A stretch of 44,729 nt of DNA from Gemmatimonadota bacterium (GTDB lineage: Bacteria > 4572-55 > J002): assembly GCA_003697105.1 (NCBI GenBank), contig RFFQ01000114.1:1-44729 (forward strand), written 5' to 3'. Position numbers and translations under genes: made by a program. The notes under the pieces were generated by a model. The model did no database searches. It was not told where the DNA came from and saw only the letters and a program-made list of their open reading frames with translations. Below are positions 18,858-27,851 of this stretch, one piece after another; the stretch's first letter is position 1; each line of letters opens with the position of its first letter.

Positions 18858-20025
18858 GATTGGCCTTTCGGGTGTAATAGAGCAGGCTACCCAGTGCGGA
18901 GAGCATTGTTGCCTGCCCCCAGTGGATAGATTCCAGATTATTGACCCACCATCTACCACGCCGGAAGCGAAACGCACCGTTTTTCTTTTGCATCCGGCGG
19001 ATCGTCCACGTCGCCACCTTCCGGGCGAGGACAAGTGAGGAAGGGTCACGGGTGCTGTATTTTGCCAGTGATTCAATGGCTTGTGAGGCACATTGAATAT
19101 CAATGGGGGCTGTCCGGTTGTGATAATATCTCGGTGCGCCATCCTCCCGAAAAAAGTGATCGACCCAAAATTGATATGTTTTTTCGATAATGGGCGTGGG
19201 GATAAGGGTCTCTCCGGCGAGATGGTGGGCGGCAATCAGGCAGTCCAAATTGTAACCGGTGTGAAAATTATCAATCCAGTGATAGTGTGGGTCTGCGCCG
19301 TAATACCAACTGCCATCTTTGTTTTGATGGGCGCATGTCCACCGGATGGCTTCTGCCGCGAGATCAAAATAGCGGGTGTTGTGGGTCAATGCCCATGCCC
19401 GTAAAAGGGTTACGGCACCCAACAGGTTGGCATTGTGAATTCGGTTCAGAATGCCGGGCGCATAGGCAAAACAGAAACCGTTTTTGTCTGGTTGCCGTTC
19501 TAAATTTTCGTAAATAAACTGTGCCGCCTGTAGGGTTACCGCATGGTACTCCGGTTGCTGAAGTTCTTCTGCCGCCAGATGAAAGGCTTCTGCAATATGC
19601 GCGGTCCAGACGATGGTTGGCAGACCCTGGGGGAAGAACCCACCCCGGCTGGCAAAATCAAAGGCGTTGCCCCACGACATCCCGCTGTAATTCCGGCAAT
19701 AGTGCTGTTGGAGCCATTCTAGGTGATCGTGTACCAGCGGCAGAAATTGCTCCTCTCCGGTGGCTAAAAAATGGTATAAATAGCCTTTGATGATGTAGGC
19801 AAATGCTTTGGAACTTTTCAACTTTTTGACACCGATCCACGGACGAATGTTGACGATCAACCGCCGCCCAACCTGGATCGCTACCCGCTGGAGCCATACA
19901 TTGTGCCTCGTGAGTGCCCGGACCAGTGGTGACCCTAAAATATCATCAAATTCGTAGCCGGCAAAATCATTCTGGAGAAGATACTGGTGCAAGGTCTGGA
20001 AAGATTTCTGAATGGGGCAATCCAT
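18814..20025 (-). CDS. Uncharacterised alpha/alpha-barrel protein with QW motifs; barrel A
   Basis: HQNKDGSWYY, MQKKNGAFRF and WIDNFHTGYNLDCL; paralogue of 13210..14379. Confidence 0.6.
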   Translation of the reverse strand: MDCPIQKSFQTLHQYLLQNDFAGYEFDDILGSPLVRALTRHNVWLQRVAIQVGRRLIVNIRPWIGVKKLKSSKAFAYIIKGYLYHFLATGEEQFLPLVHDHLEWLQQHYCRNYSGMSWGNAFDFASRGGFFPQGLPTIVWTAHIAEAFHLAAEELQQPEYHAVTLQAAQFIYENLERQPDKNGFCFAYAPGILNRIHNANLLGAVTLLRAWALTHNTRYFDLAAEAIRWTCAHQNKDGSWYYGADPHYHWIDNFHTGYNLDCLIAAHHLAGETLIPTPIIEKTYQFWVDHFFREDGAPRYYHNRTAPIDIQCASQAIESLAKYSTRDPSSLVLARKVATWTIRRMQKKNGAFRFRRGRWWVNNLESIHWGQATMLSALGSLLYYTRKANHDTGDHPTYHLPGD

Positions 20026-20040
20026 GAGTTCGTTTCTTAT

Positions 20041-21120
20041 TTAAGACGGATTTCGTAGATCGTGATATATCCGTTCCAACCGCCGGACGACGGTGGGGGC
20101 TAAAAAATGGCGCTGGGCATACTGCCGGTTGTAGCGCCCCATTCTCCGCCGGAGGGTCTCATCGTTGATCAAGCGGGTGATATAGGCGGCAAACACTTCT
20201 GGATCGCGGCTTTCCGTGATAAAACCCATCTTACCATCCTCAAAAAAATCCTTTACGCCGCCATCGGGGCGGGTGATGACCGGCACACCGCAGATCAGGG
20301 CTTCTAGCACCGTCACCGGCATCCCCTCACCATAGTACGTGGGGAAGAGGTACACATCCGCCGCCTGAAACAGCCGGTATTTTTCCGCCACATCCGTAAC
20401 CACGTGGGTGAACGTGACCTGTGGAATCCGGTTTTTCTCCACGTAGTGGCGGGCGGGGTCGTATTCACGACCGCCACCAGCAATGGTTAGGTGGACGTGG
20501 GGATGGGTTTGTTGAACGTGACGCACCGCTTCAATGGCTTCGTAAATCCCTTTTGTTTTTTCGAGCCGGGCTAGAAAGAGGACGTCAAATGTTTCAGAAG
20601 ATTTCGGGACGGAATTACATTGATCCAAAATGTAATCATCGACCAAGGTGGTCTCCTGATAAATTTGCCCAGAATAACCCCATCTGCTTAGGGTGGTTTT
20701 AAAATCTGAACACAATACCGCCAACGCGGTTGCATGGAAAAATATCCGCTTGAACATCCCTAATCGAATGCCATTCATCTGCTGTTCTAGGGAGCGTTGC
20801 CACCCGTGAAAATAAACCAACACTTTGATGCCTTGCCGACGGGCAAACCACGCGAAGCATCCATCCCGCAGCAGCGCTTTGGTATTAAACGAGGTATTGA
20901 TATGAACCAGATCATACGCACCGCTTTTTAGGTGACGCTGAAAGCGAAAGATGTCCCGGATTACGCGAAGAAGGGTTTGCCAAAGCGCGGATTCGCCCTG
21001 CCGTTTGCCGACCTCAAAATAGTCCACCGGTAGCTGGAATTGGTTCTGCAATGCGCGGCAGTAACTCACCACGCCACCGGTTTGGGTCAATTCTGGGGTT
21101 GTCATCAAAATGCGATTCAT
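20041..21120 (-). CDS. Glycosyltransferase family 4
   Basis: GGVVSY, FLARLEKTKG and the EX7E motif EGMPVTVLE. The ATG at 21120 overlaps the upstream stop (ATGA). Confidence 0.88.
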   Translation of the reverse strand: MNRILMTTPELTQTGGVVSYCRALQNQFQLPVDYFEVGKRQGESALWQTLLRVIRDIFRFQRHLKSGAYDLVHINTSFNTKALLRDGCFAWFARRQGIKVLVYFHGWQRSLEQQMNGIRLGMFKRIFFHATALAVLCSDFKTTLSRWGYSGQIYQETTLVDDYILDQCNSVPKSSETFDVLFLARLEKTKGIYEAIEAVRHVQQTHPHVHLTIAGGGREYDPARHYVEKNRIPQVTFTHVVTDVAEKYRLFQAADVYLFPTYYGEGMPVTVLEALICGVPVITRPDGGVKDFFEDGKMGFITESRDPEVFAAYITRLINDETLRRRMGRYNRQYAQRHFLAPTVVRRLERIYHDLRNPS

Positions 21121-22334
21121 GAGCTGCCTGTTTTCAATTGCGTTAGGGTCTGATCGATGGTAACCGCCATCTGTTTGAAGGTACGGTGTGTCTGAATCCA
21201 CTCAAACCCCTTTTGGGCGCATGTGATGCGGCGGTGTTCATCTTCAACCAACAGACAAAGTGCTTCGGTAAATTCCGTCCGGTTGTACGCGGTTAAAATC
21301 CCACCCTGACTGGCTTCCAAAATTTTTTTTTGCTCTTCAATTTCTCGATTTGCCACTACCGGCAGTTTCAGTGCCAGATATTCAATGCACTTTGTGGGGG
21401 TAGCGACACGGAAAAGTTCCGAAGGGGGGATGGGAGATAAGCCAATATCGCAGGTGGTGACGATCTCCGGTACGGTTTCATAAGGGACTTTACCCACAAA
21501 ATGGATGGACTCTGCAGAACGCTTTTGGTAGATGTAGCGTTGTAGCGCCGGAATATCCGTTGGATATTCACCCCAACCCAACAAATACAACTGGACGTGG
21601 GGGTGTTCTAACCAGAGGTGATCAAAACAATCAATGATAAACGGGATGTTCCGCCAAGGTCCCAAACTGCCAACGTAGATGAGCGAGACCTGCTCCCGGT
21701 GGGGTTTGTAATCATGGTTGCGCCCGACAGTTAAAAAGGTTTCGCTGGCGCATTCACCAACGGGTAATAACCGGTGGGTGGGGATGTTCAATTCCTGTTC
21801 CAGCAAGTCACCAAGTGCTTTACTAATGGGAAAGACCCGTGCCGCCTGTTGCAACACGACCCGGTAGCCCCATCCACGAAACCGGTTGTAGATGAGTTTG
21901 AGATAGTGCCGCCAGCCGGTGGAATCCGGGGGTTGTTGGACGTGGCGGTGCATTGGAAAGGTGTACCCGTAGGTGTACGGCTGACCAAATATCCGCTTCA
22001 AAAACAGCGCGATGATGCCCTCCTCTACCCCGTCATGGACGTGAACATGATCGATCCGCTCCCGTAACATCAAATACGTGGCAAAAAATCCCTTCCCGAT
22101 CAGGGTGACTGCCAGATTTGCCATTTGAGTTATGCTGTTTTTCGACGGAAATGCCGGCAGAAGGTAAACCCGGCTGCCGTTCCAATTGTGGATGCGTATT
22201 TTCCACGCCGGTTGTTCCGTTTGCATAATCCAGATCAGTTTATGATCGCGGTTTTGTATTTCGTGATTCCACAACTCGATGAGCATCGGGCGAATGGTGG
22301 GGAATTTCTCTTTAACGAGCATCAAAATGGTCAT
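21117..22334 (-). CDS. Glycosyltransferase family 4
   Basis: GT-B C-terminal motifs LIYVGSL, FVGKVPYE, CDIGLSP and PTKCIEYLALKLPVVA. Confidence 0.82.
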   Translation of the reverse strand: MTILMLVKEKFPTIRPMLIELWNHEIQNRDHKLIWIMQTEQPAWKIRIHNWNGSRVYLLPAFPSKNSITQMANLAVTLIGKGFFATYLMLRERIDHVHVHDGVEEGIIALFLKRIFGQPYTYGYTFPMHRHVQQPPDSTGWRHYLKLIYNRFRGWGYRVVLQQAARVFPISKALGDLLEQELNIPTHRLLPVGECASETFLTVGRNHDYKPHREQVSLIYVGSLGPWRNIPFIIDCFDHLWLEHPHVQLYLLGWGEYPTDIPALQRYIYQKRSAESIHFVGKVPYETVPEIVTTCDIGLSPIPPSELFRVATPTKCIEYLALKLPVVANREIEEQKKILEASQGGILTAYNRTEFTEALCLLVEDEHRRITCAQKGFEWIQTHRTFKQMAVTIDQTLTQLKTGSS

Positions 22335-23248
22335 GATAACGGATGCCTAAGACGGAAAAGCGTTCGGAAAAGTGCCTGTTTGACCTGACGTGCCACCATT
22401 TCCCCGCGTGAGAAGCGGAGCGGTGCTAGATGGGATAGCGGCACGGGCTGGGGATGTTGCAACACCCTGATAATGTCCGAAAACCGGGGGTTTCGATTTT
22501 GTGCCCGCCTGACAAACTCAACCAACGCGCGGTCATGAATATCTGGGTAGTAAATTTGTTGGTGCGCCATCTGGGCGGGGTGCGTGTGTTGTGTTAGCTC
22601 GACTTTTGCGGTTTCATAGGTCGCCGTTTGGGGCGCGTACAGATGAATTTTGGCAGACGTGTTACCAAAAAGCGTATGGTGTGTTTTTTCCCAGTAGCGG
22701 TGTTTCCCCTCAAAATAGGGAATATCAAGTTGGTGGCAAAGCTGGGCAAATCGGGTGGAATCGTGGATTAATTCCCGGTATGAGATGGAAATCCAGTGGT
22801 CTATGCTGGTGAAATACGACCGGTGATAGTTGATCCAGTGTTTTTCCCACAGGGCTAACCGGTTTCGTTTTTGGAATGACGCGGCAGAGTCGAGCGGTGT
22901 TTTCCAGATCAACACGTGCTGAACATCCATATTCTGATGTTGCAACCGGACGGTTTGCTCGTGAATCCACGTTGAATTTTTACTGGAATCGACGATGAAA
23001 TTGACCTCTGGAAAGTGGGAAAACAGGGTGTGATATAACCGGTGTTTTCCGGCACGGCGCACATTCTGCCAGAGCGTGCAGGTGGAATCCCCACAACCGC
23101 AGGAGGGCTGGAGATGATGCGGTCGCCATGGCTGAAATAGTGCCTGTACCTCTCCGCAGGAGAAGCCATGCGGATCATTGGCAAGCATCATATCCAGCAA
23201 AGTAGAACCGCTGTAAGACACGCTCCCAATAAAAATAACTTTTTTCAT
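22331..23248 (-). CDS. Sulfotransferase-family protein
   Basis: N-terminal PAPS-binding-like loop IGSVSYSGSTLL, followed by CGEV, CGCG..C.LW and FIVDSSK. Confidence 0.7.
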   Translation of the reverse strand: MKKVIFIGSVSYSGSTLLDMMLANDPHGFSCGEVQALFQPWRPHHLQPSCGCGDSTCTLWQNVRRAGKHRLYHTLFSHFPEVNFIVDSSKNSTWIHEQTVRLQHQNMDVQHVLIWKTPLDSAASFQKRNRLALWEKHWINYHRSYFTSIDHWISISYRELIHDSTRFAQLCHQLDIPYFEGKHRYWEKTHHTLFGNTSAKIHLYAPQTATYETAKVELTQHTHPAQMAHQQIYYPDIHDRALVEFVRRAQNRNPRFSDIIRVLQHPQPVPLSHLAPLRFSRGEMVARQVKQALFRTLFRLRHPLS

Positions 23249-23263
23249 AACTTGTAGCGGGGT

Positions 23264-24562
23264 TCACCCCGGTGTACGGTTCGAGGTGCGGTAAGTCGCA
23301 AGTCTGGCAGCGAATTGTGCCAGCCGGGTTTCAATCTTGTCTTCCCGGATAGTTATTCCGGCAAGTACCCAAAAATAGTAACCCAGTACATCATTTAAAA
23401 TATTGATATTATACACGAAGCCCACGATAAACACGCTAAATACCCCTAAAAACCAGATGCTAAACAGATTTTGGCGGTGTTTCAGGCTATACCGGAACAA
23501 CTTCCCAAACATGATCGCCCAACCCCCTAATCCGAGGATACCCCATTCCCAGATGTGCCGTCCCAGATAGCTGCTATCAATATCAAATTCAACAAATCTG
23601 CGGTAGTAGTCCCCGATGGCGCCGGCAAAAGGGCTATGGGAGGCATTGCCAAGCCCAACACCCCACAACAGGTGGTACGGGTCTGCCGCGATGGAAGCCA
23701 TCGCGAACAACACTTGTGGGATGCGGTTGAGTGTTCCGCTTTTAGTGAACCACCGCCCGTAAATGGCGGTTTCCGGATCGCGGATATATTCCAATACCAG
23801 ATGCTGCGGCAGTTCCCGTCCAGCGTAAAGTATGGCATACACGTTATTGAACAAGATAATGGAGAACAAGGCAACTCCTGCGATGGCTACCTTTTTTTCC
23901 CATCGAATACCCGTCCGAACGAGAATTAGCATGGTACCGAGCATCACCAGAAGAATCAACGTTACTTTCGTTTCGTTCAGCAGGGTCGGAAGGAGCAATA
24001 TCAAGGAAAACAGAGCGAGTTTGGGCAACGAAATTTTACGGGTAAAATAGAGTGCCACAAAAAAGGAAATCGTAAAAAACATAAATTGGCTTAGGTAGCC
24101 GGAAGCATTGGCTCCCAGCGTTCCACCGATAACATCACCGGTTTGTGCGCCTTCAAACGTGATAAAGCGTTGCCACACGGCAACCGGTATCTGGATCAAG
24201 GTGATGATTATAACAACGTAGATAAAATAGAGCCGAAATTGGCGATATTCCTGTATCGGCAACACCTGCGGTAAAAAGAAAAAAGGCAAAAATTTAAAGT
24301 AATTCCGCAACCCGGAAAGATAGATAATGAGCGAAGTCTCTCCTCGCAATAACGGGATGAGTGATAGTCCCAGCAAGAGAAGCAGCAGGTACAAAAAATC
24401 CCATGATTTTTGCCTGCGGAACTGGATCAAGAGATAACCTAGAACAAGGAGAGAGGCCATATCCGGGAACCATGTCAACTGGCGCGGGATGACCCCCATG
24501 ACCTCGGCAAGCCAGCCGGTTGTGTAAATGGAAATAAATGTCAGAAGAAGTAAATAAGGCAT
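23264..24562 (-). CDS. wzy: Wzy-like polymerase / O-antigen-ligase-family integral membrane protein
   Basis: About 10-11 hydrophobic segments, a large loop containing WGVGLGN, and a position inside a wzx/wzc locus. Confidence 0.6.
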   Translation of the reverse strand: MPYLLLLTFISIYTTGWLAEVMGVIPRQLTWFPDMASLLVLGYLLIQFRRQKSWDFLYLLLLLLGLSLIPLLRGETSLIIYLSGLRNYFKFLPFFFLPQVLPIQEYRQFRLYFIYVVIIITLIQIPVAVWQRFITFEGAQTGDVIGGTLGANASGYLSQFMFFTISFFVALYFTRKISLPKLALFSLILLLPTLLNETKVTLILLVMLGTMLILVRTGIRWEKKVAIAGVALFSIILFNNVYAILYAGRELPQHLVLEYIRDPETAIYGRWFTKSGTLNRIPQVLFAMASIAADPYHLLWGVGLGNASHSPFAGAIGDYYRRFVEFDIDSSYLGRHIWEWGILGLGGWAIMFGKLFRYSLKHRQNLFSIWFLGVFSVFIVGFVYNINILNDVLGYYFWVLAGITIREDKIETRLAQFAARLATYRTSNRTPG

Positions 24563-24565
24563 AGT

Positions 24566-25870
24566 TCAGCGGGGACCCGCGTCAGAGTTTGCGGTAAGCA
24601 ATACCGGCTCGATTTGAACATAGCTGAACGTTTGATCGCCGTATTGCCCCGTGTTATTGTGTTCATCCCAAATTTTGGTGCGGATATCCGCAAGACGGGT
24701 TGTACCCCACCAATTATTGGTGGCATTGATGTCCCGTTCCTCTTGATAGGCATCGATGCCGTGGGTGGTTTGTCCGTAGAAAAAGTCGCTGTAAATCCAG
24801 TATGTTCCTTGCAAAAAATTATTTTGATGCACTTCCGGGTAGGAATCAACGGTACACCAGATCGCTTTATCATTTACCACAAACTGGTTAGCGATTATCG
24901 TCACTGCTGCCTCGCGGATTGCCCGCACGTGGATGCCCTGCTCCCCTTGAAATTGATTATGTTCGATCCGCGCGCCGCTATGTTCCAGAAACAGGTTGGT
25001 TGCATTATCAAACTGGTTGTCGGTAATGACTATATTTGAGACCATATCGGTTTGCACTCCAATTCGATTGGCTTCGATCCGGTTTCCCACAATCTGTTGT
25101 CGGGAGATACTCTCGGAGAAGATGCCTTTATCCGAGTAGCGAAGCGTGCTGTGGAACAGATCGATCCCGGCAAAATCACTGTTGATGGCGTTTTTGGCGT
25201 ATTCGACTATGGTATATTCAAGGCGGCTATTCACGGCGGGTGAGGCGGCGTAAATTCCGCGCCATGCGTTCGCGGCAGGGCGTAAGGCCGTTGACGTGAA
25301 CACAATCGGCTGGGTTCGTGTCCCAATGGCGGTTAATGTACCGAGAATATTCAATTCACCGAATGCGGTAAATTGGATTTCTGCGCCGGGCAGGAGGGTC
25401 AAAATGACCCCGGGTTCAATCTTAATCCGGCGGTCAATGCGATAGGGGCTTTCTGCCGCCGTCCAGGTGGTATGGGTGATGAGATGATCGTCAATGGGCG
25501 TGTATTGGCGCAGGAGCAGGTCGCCTACGTGGGTGATTTGCCCGACATTTACGGAGATATTTTCGAGCCGGCGGTTTTCATGGGACTCCCGGTTCGAGGC
25601 GATTTCGAGCCGGTAGGTACCGCTCGTTAAGCCGGTAAACTCAAATTCTCCGGTTGCTGGGGTGGTTTGTTGGGCAACAAGGCTATCGCTCGCCGTGCGT
25701 AAGATCACTTCGACGTCACTTTGAGCCGCGATGCCTTCCAGTTGGATGTGTCCGGTGATGGCGCTCCGCGGAGGCTCTGAACCTTCGTCTCCAGAACAAC
25801 TTACCAGTAGCCATGTTAATAGGATTCCCGCACCGGCAAAAATGTGCCATAACTTCATGAGATGCCTCAC
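24566..25870 (-). CDS. Lipoprotein with a carboxypeptidase-regulatory-like Ig domain and a right-handed beta-helix
   Basis: Lipobox LVSC, GEFEFTGLTSGTYRL, WTAAESPY, GTRTQPIVFTS..WRGI, Asn-ladder strands and DINATNNWWG. Confidence 0.65.
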   Translation of the reverse strand: MRHLMKLWHIFAGAGILLTWLLVSCSGDEGSEPPRSAITGHIQLEGIAAQSDVEVILRTASDSLVAQQTTPATGEFEFTGLTSGTYRLEIASNRESHENRRLENISVNVGQITHVGDLLLRQYTPIDDHLITHTTWTAAESPYRIDRRIKIEPGVILTLLPGAEIQFTAFGELNILGTLTAIGTRTQPIVFTSTALRPAANAWRGIYAASPAVNSRLEYTIVEYAKNAINSDFAGIDLFHSTLRYSDKGIFSESISRQQIVGNRIEANRIGVQTDMVSNIVITDNQFDNATNLFLEHSGARIEHNQFQGEQGIHVRAIREAAVTIIANQFVVNDKAIWCTVDSYPEVHQNNFLQGTYWIYSDFFYGQTTHGIDAYQEERDINATNNWWGTTRLADIRTKIWDEHNNTGQYGDQTFSYVQIEPVLLTANSDAGPR

Positions 25871-26982
25871 GTTTGTTCCATGAGTTCAATTAATCGATCC
25901 ACATGGGATACCGAAAAGGTGTTTTGAGCAAATTGTCGTGCTCGTTGACCCATCTCTTCTCGCCGGCGGGGATCCGCGACTAAACATCGGACATCTTGGA
26001 TGAGTTGATCATAGGTTTGGGCATAAAAACCGATTTTTTGCGAAGTGAGCAGACCATCTGGGTTTACATGCAAACTGACCACCGGTACACCGCGAAGCCA
26101 AGCTTGAATGAATGTGTTGGGGAAGCCCTCAAAGGTGCTGGTATTGACGAGAATATGGGCAGTTTCCAATATCCGGTTAACCTCATCCACCGCTAGCACG
26201 CCTTTATACTCAAAATGGGGATGTTCCACCATGTGTTGGGCAAGCCGCGGTTGCCAGTACGTACCGGCGTTGCCAATCATGATGAATTTTATCCCCGATT
26301 GCGCCGTGAAATGGCGGGCTAGCCGGAGAAACAACTCGGGTTGTTTTGGTCCCTCGATCCGCCCGATCCAGACCACTTGAATGGGGTCACGCTTTGGTGG
26401 TATCACCTCTGGGACGGGATGAACATTCGGCAGGATGATGTCGCAGGAGCGCCCGAACCGGCTTGCTAATATCCGGTTTTGGTAACGTGCCTGCCCGATG
26501 ATGTGATCGGCATGCCGGATACCATAATTCAGGATCACCCGGTCGATTGCGTTTATGACTCGTTTGGGGGGGCTGACCGTCTCCGGTACGGGGGTAATAT
26601 CCCGCTGGGACGCCACATGCCAGATGGTTTTGCACCGGTTTCGGCGGCCATACCACGCCACAAATCCGGTATAGGCACAGCCGACCCGTTGGTAGATCAC
26701 ATCGGGTTTAATACGGTTTAATATACAATTCATCTCCCAAAAATCCAGTACAAATGGTATTTTTTTGCTTTGGTGGGTTAATGTGATAATATTCACCCGC
26801 GAACCGGGTGAGGTACGGGCATAGCGGCAGAGATACCATAATTGATAATCGGGTCGGTGTTCCGCGAGATAATCGGTAATGTATTGAACTTGAAGCTCAG
26901 CACCCCCGATCTGGTAACTCCAGTGGGTCGGTAGTACAAAACAGATTTTTCGAGACACACGTTGGGAGGTGAGTGGTTTCAT
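25867..26982 (-). CDS. Glycosyltransferase family 4
   Basis: GGAELQ, WIGRIEGPKQP and EGFPNTFIQAW..GVPVVS. The ATG at 26982 overlaps the upstream stop (ATGA). Confidence 0.88.
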   Translation of the reverse strand: MKPLTSQRVSRKICFVLPTHWSYQIGGAELQVQYITDYLAEHRPDYQLWYLCRYARTSPGSRVNIITLTHQSKKIPFVLDFWEMNCILNRIKPDVIYQRVGCAYTGFVAWYGRRNRCKTIWHVASQRDITPVPETVSPPKRVINAIDRVILNYGIRHADHIIGQARYQNRILASRFGRSCDIILPNVHPVPEVIPPKRDPIQVVWIGRIEGPKQPELFLRLARHFTAQSGIKFIMIGNAGTYWQPRLAQHMVEHPHFEYKGVLAVDEVNRILETAHILVNTSTFEGFPNTFIQAWLRGVPVVSLHVNPDGLLTSQKIGFYAQTYDQLIQDVRCLVADPRRREEMGQRARQFAQNTFSVSHVDRLIELMEQT

Positions 26983-27839
26983 TGCTGGCAATATAATTCA
27001 ATAAAACTTCCGCTGGGCAACCATAACGCGGTGGTGAACTTCCGGAATGCTTGACGCAGGTAATACCACACCGGGGATAAATCTTCCGGCGGGGTATCCG
27101 GGCGGTGCTGGTTGAACTCCAGAATGTGAAATCCTTTTGCTGTGACCATCTGAGCCAAGGTTTGCGGAGAAAAAAAATAGATGTGATCCATACAAGGTGT
27201 CGGATATTTTTTTTTGGTAGCGGGATAATGAATGATGTCTTGAATTCGTGTGAGCTGGTAGGGTACTTCAATGAGTAAAATTCCGTGTTTATGGATCCGT
27301 GTGGTAATTAAATCCAGCAGTTGGGACGGTGAGGGGACATGCTCCAACACGTGATGGAGATGAATGACGTCAAATTGACCTAATTCATCCTTGATGTGGA
27401 AGACATCTTCATTGATGAGGTCTAAACCGTACAAAGTTTTAGCGTGGTGGCATTGTTCGGTGGAAAGTTCGATCCCGACCGGGTCAAATCCTTCTTGTTT
27501 TGCGAGGTCAACAAAGGTTCCCAAGCCGGCACCGATATCGAGCAGTCGATTGCCGGGGGCGTATTGTTTCAATTTTTTAATTTTATGGGGATAGACGGTG
27601 TCCCGGCGAATCTGCTCCACCCGAAGCCGGTCTTTTTTTTCACTATACTGGGTGTATATCTCTTGAATCATTTGTGGCGTGGGGATGGGATATAACGAGA
27701 CCAAGTGACACCGCGTGCATTTGACAATTTTGAACGTTTCCGCTGGGATATGCACGTTTTTCGGTGCCGGTTTCTGCTCTACGCAGTGGGTTGAGCGGCA
27801 AAAGTCACATTGAAAGCTTGAAATCGCAGTGTTGAACAT
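26979..27839 (-). CDS. Class I SAM-dependent methyltransferase with an N-terminal Cys4 motif
   Basis: CDFC..CTRC, motif I LLDIGAGLG, FDVIHLHHVLEHV and HIYFFS. Confidence 0.85.
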   Translation of the reverse strand: MFNTAISSFQCDFCRSTHCVEQKPAPKNVHIPAETFKIVKCTRCHLVSLYPIPTPQMIQEIYTQYSEKKDRLRVEQIRRDTVYPHKIKKLKQYAPGNRLLDIGAGLGTFVDLAKQEGFDPVGIELSTEQCHHAKTLYGLDLINEDVFHIKDELGQFDVIHLHHVLEHVPSPSQLLDLITTRIHKHGILLIEVPYQLTRIQDIIHYPATKKKYPTPCMDHIYFFSPQTLAQMVTAKGFHILEFNQHRPDTPPEDLSPVWYYLRQAFRKFTTALWLPSGSFIELYCQQ

Positions 27840-27851
27840 ATCATGTTCCGT

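Noticed and set aside
18858-19235. N-terminal 126 aa of the 227-aa track ORF 18552..19235
   Set aside because: This is an alternative frame inside barrel A. The ACP begins at the ATG at 18857, which has its own RBS.
13210-20025. Barrels as squalene-hopene cyclases or LanC cyclases
   Set aside because: They are single-barrel length with no DXDD motif, and no precursor peptide or LanB is present. Only the structural QW-like motif is shared.
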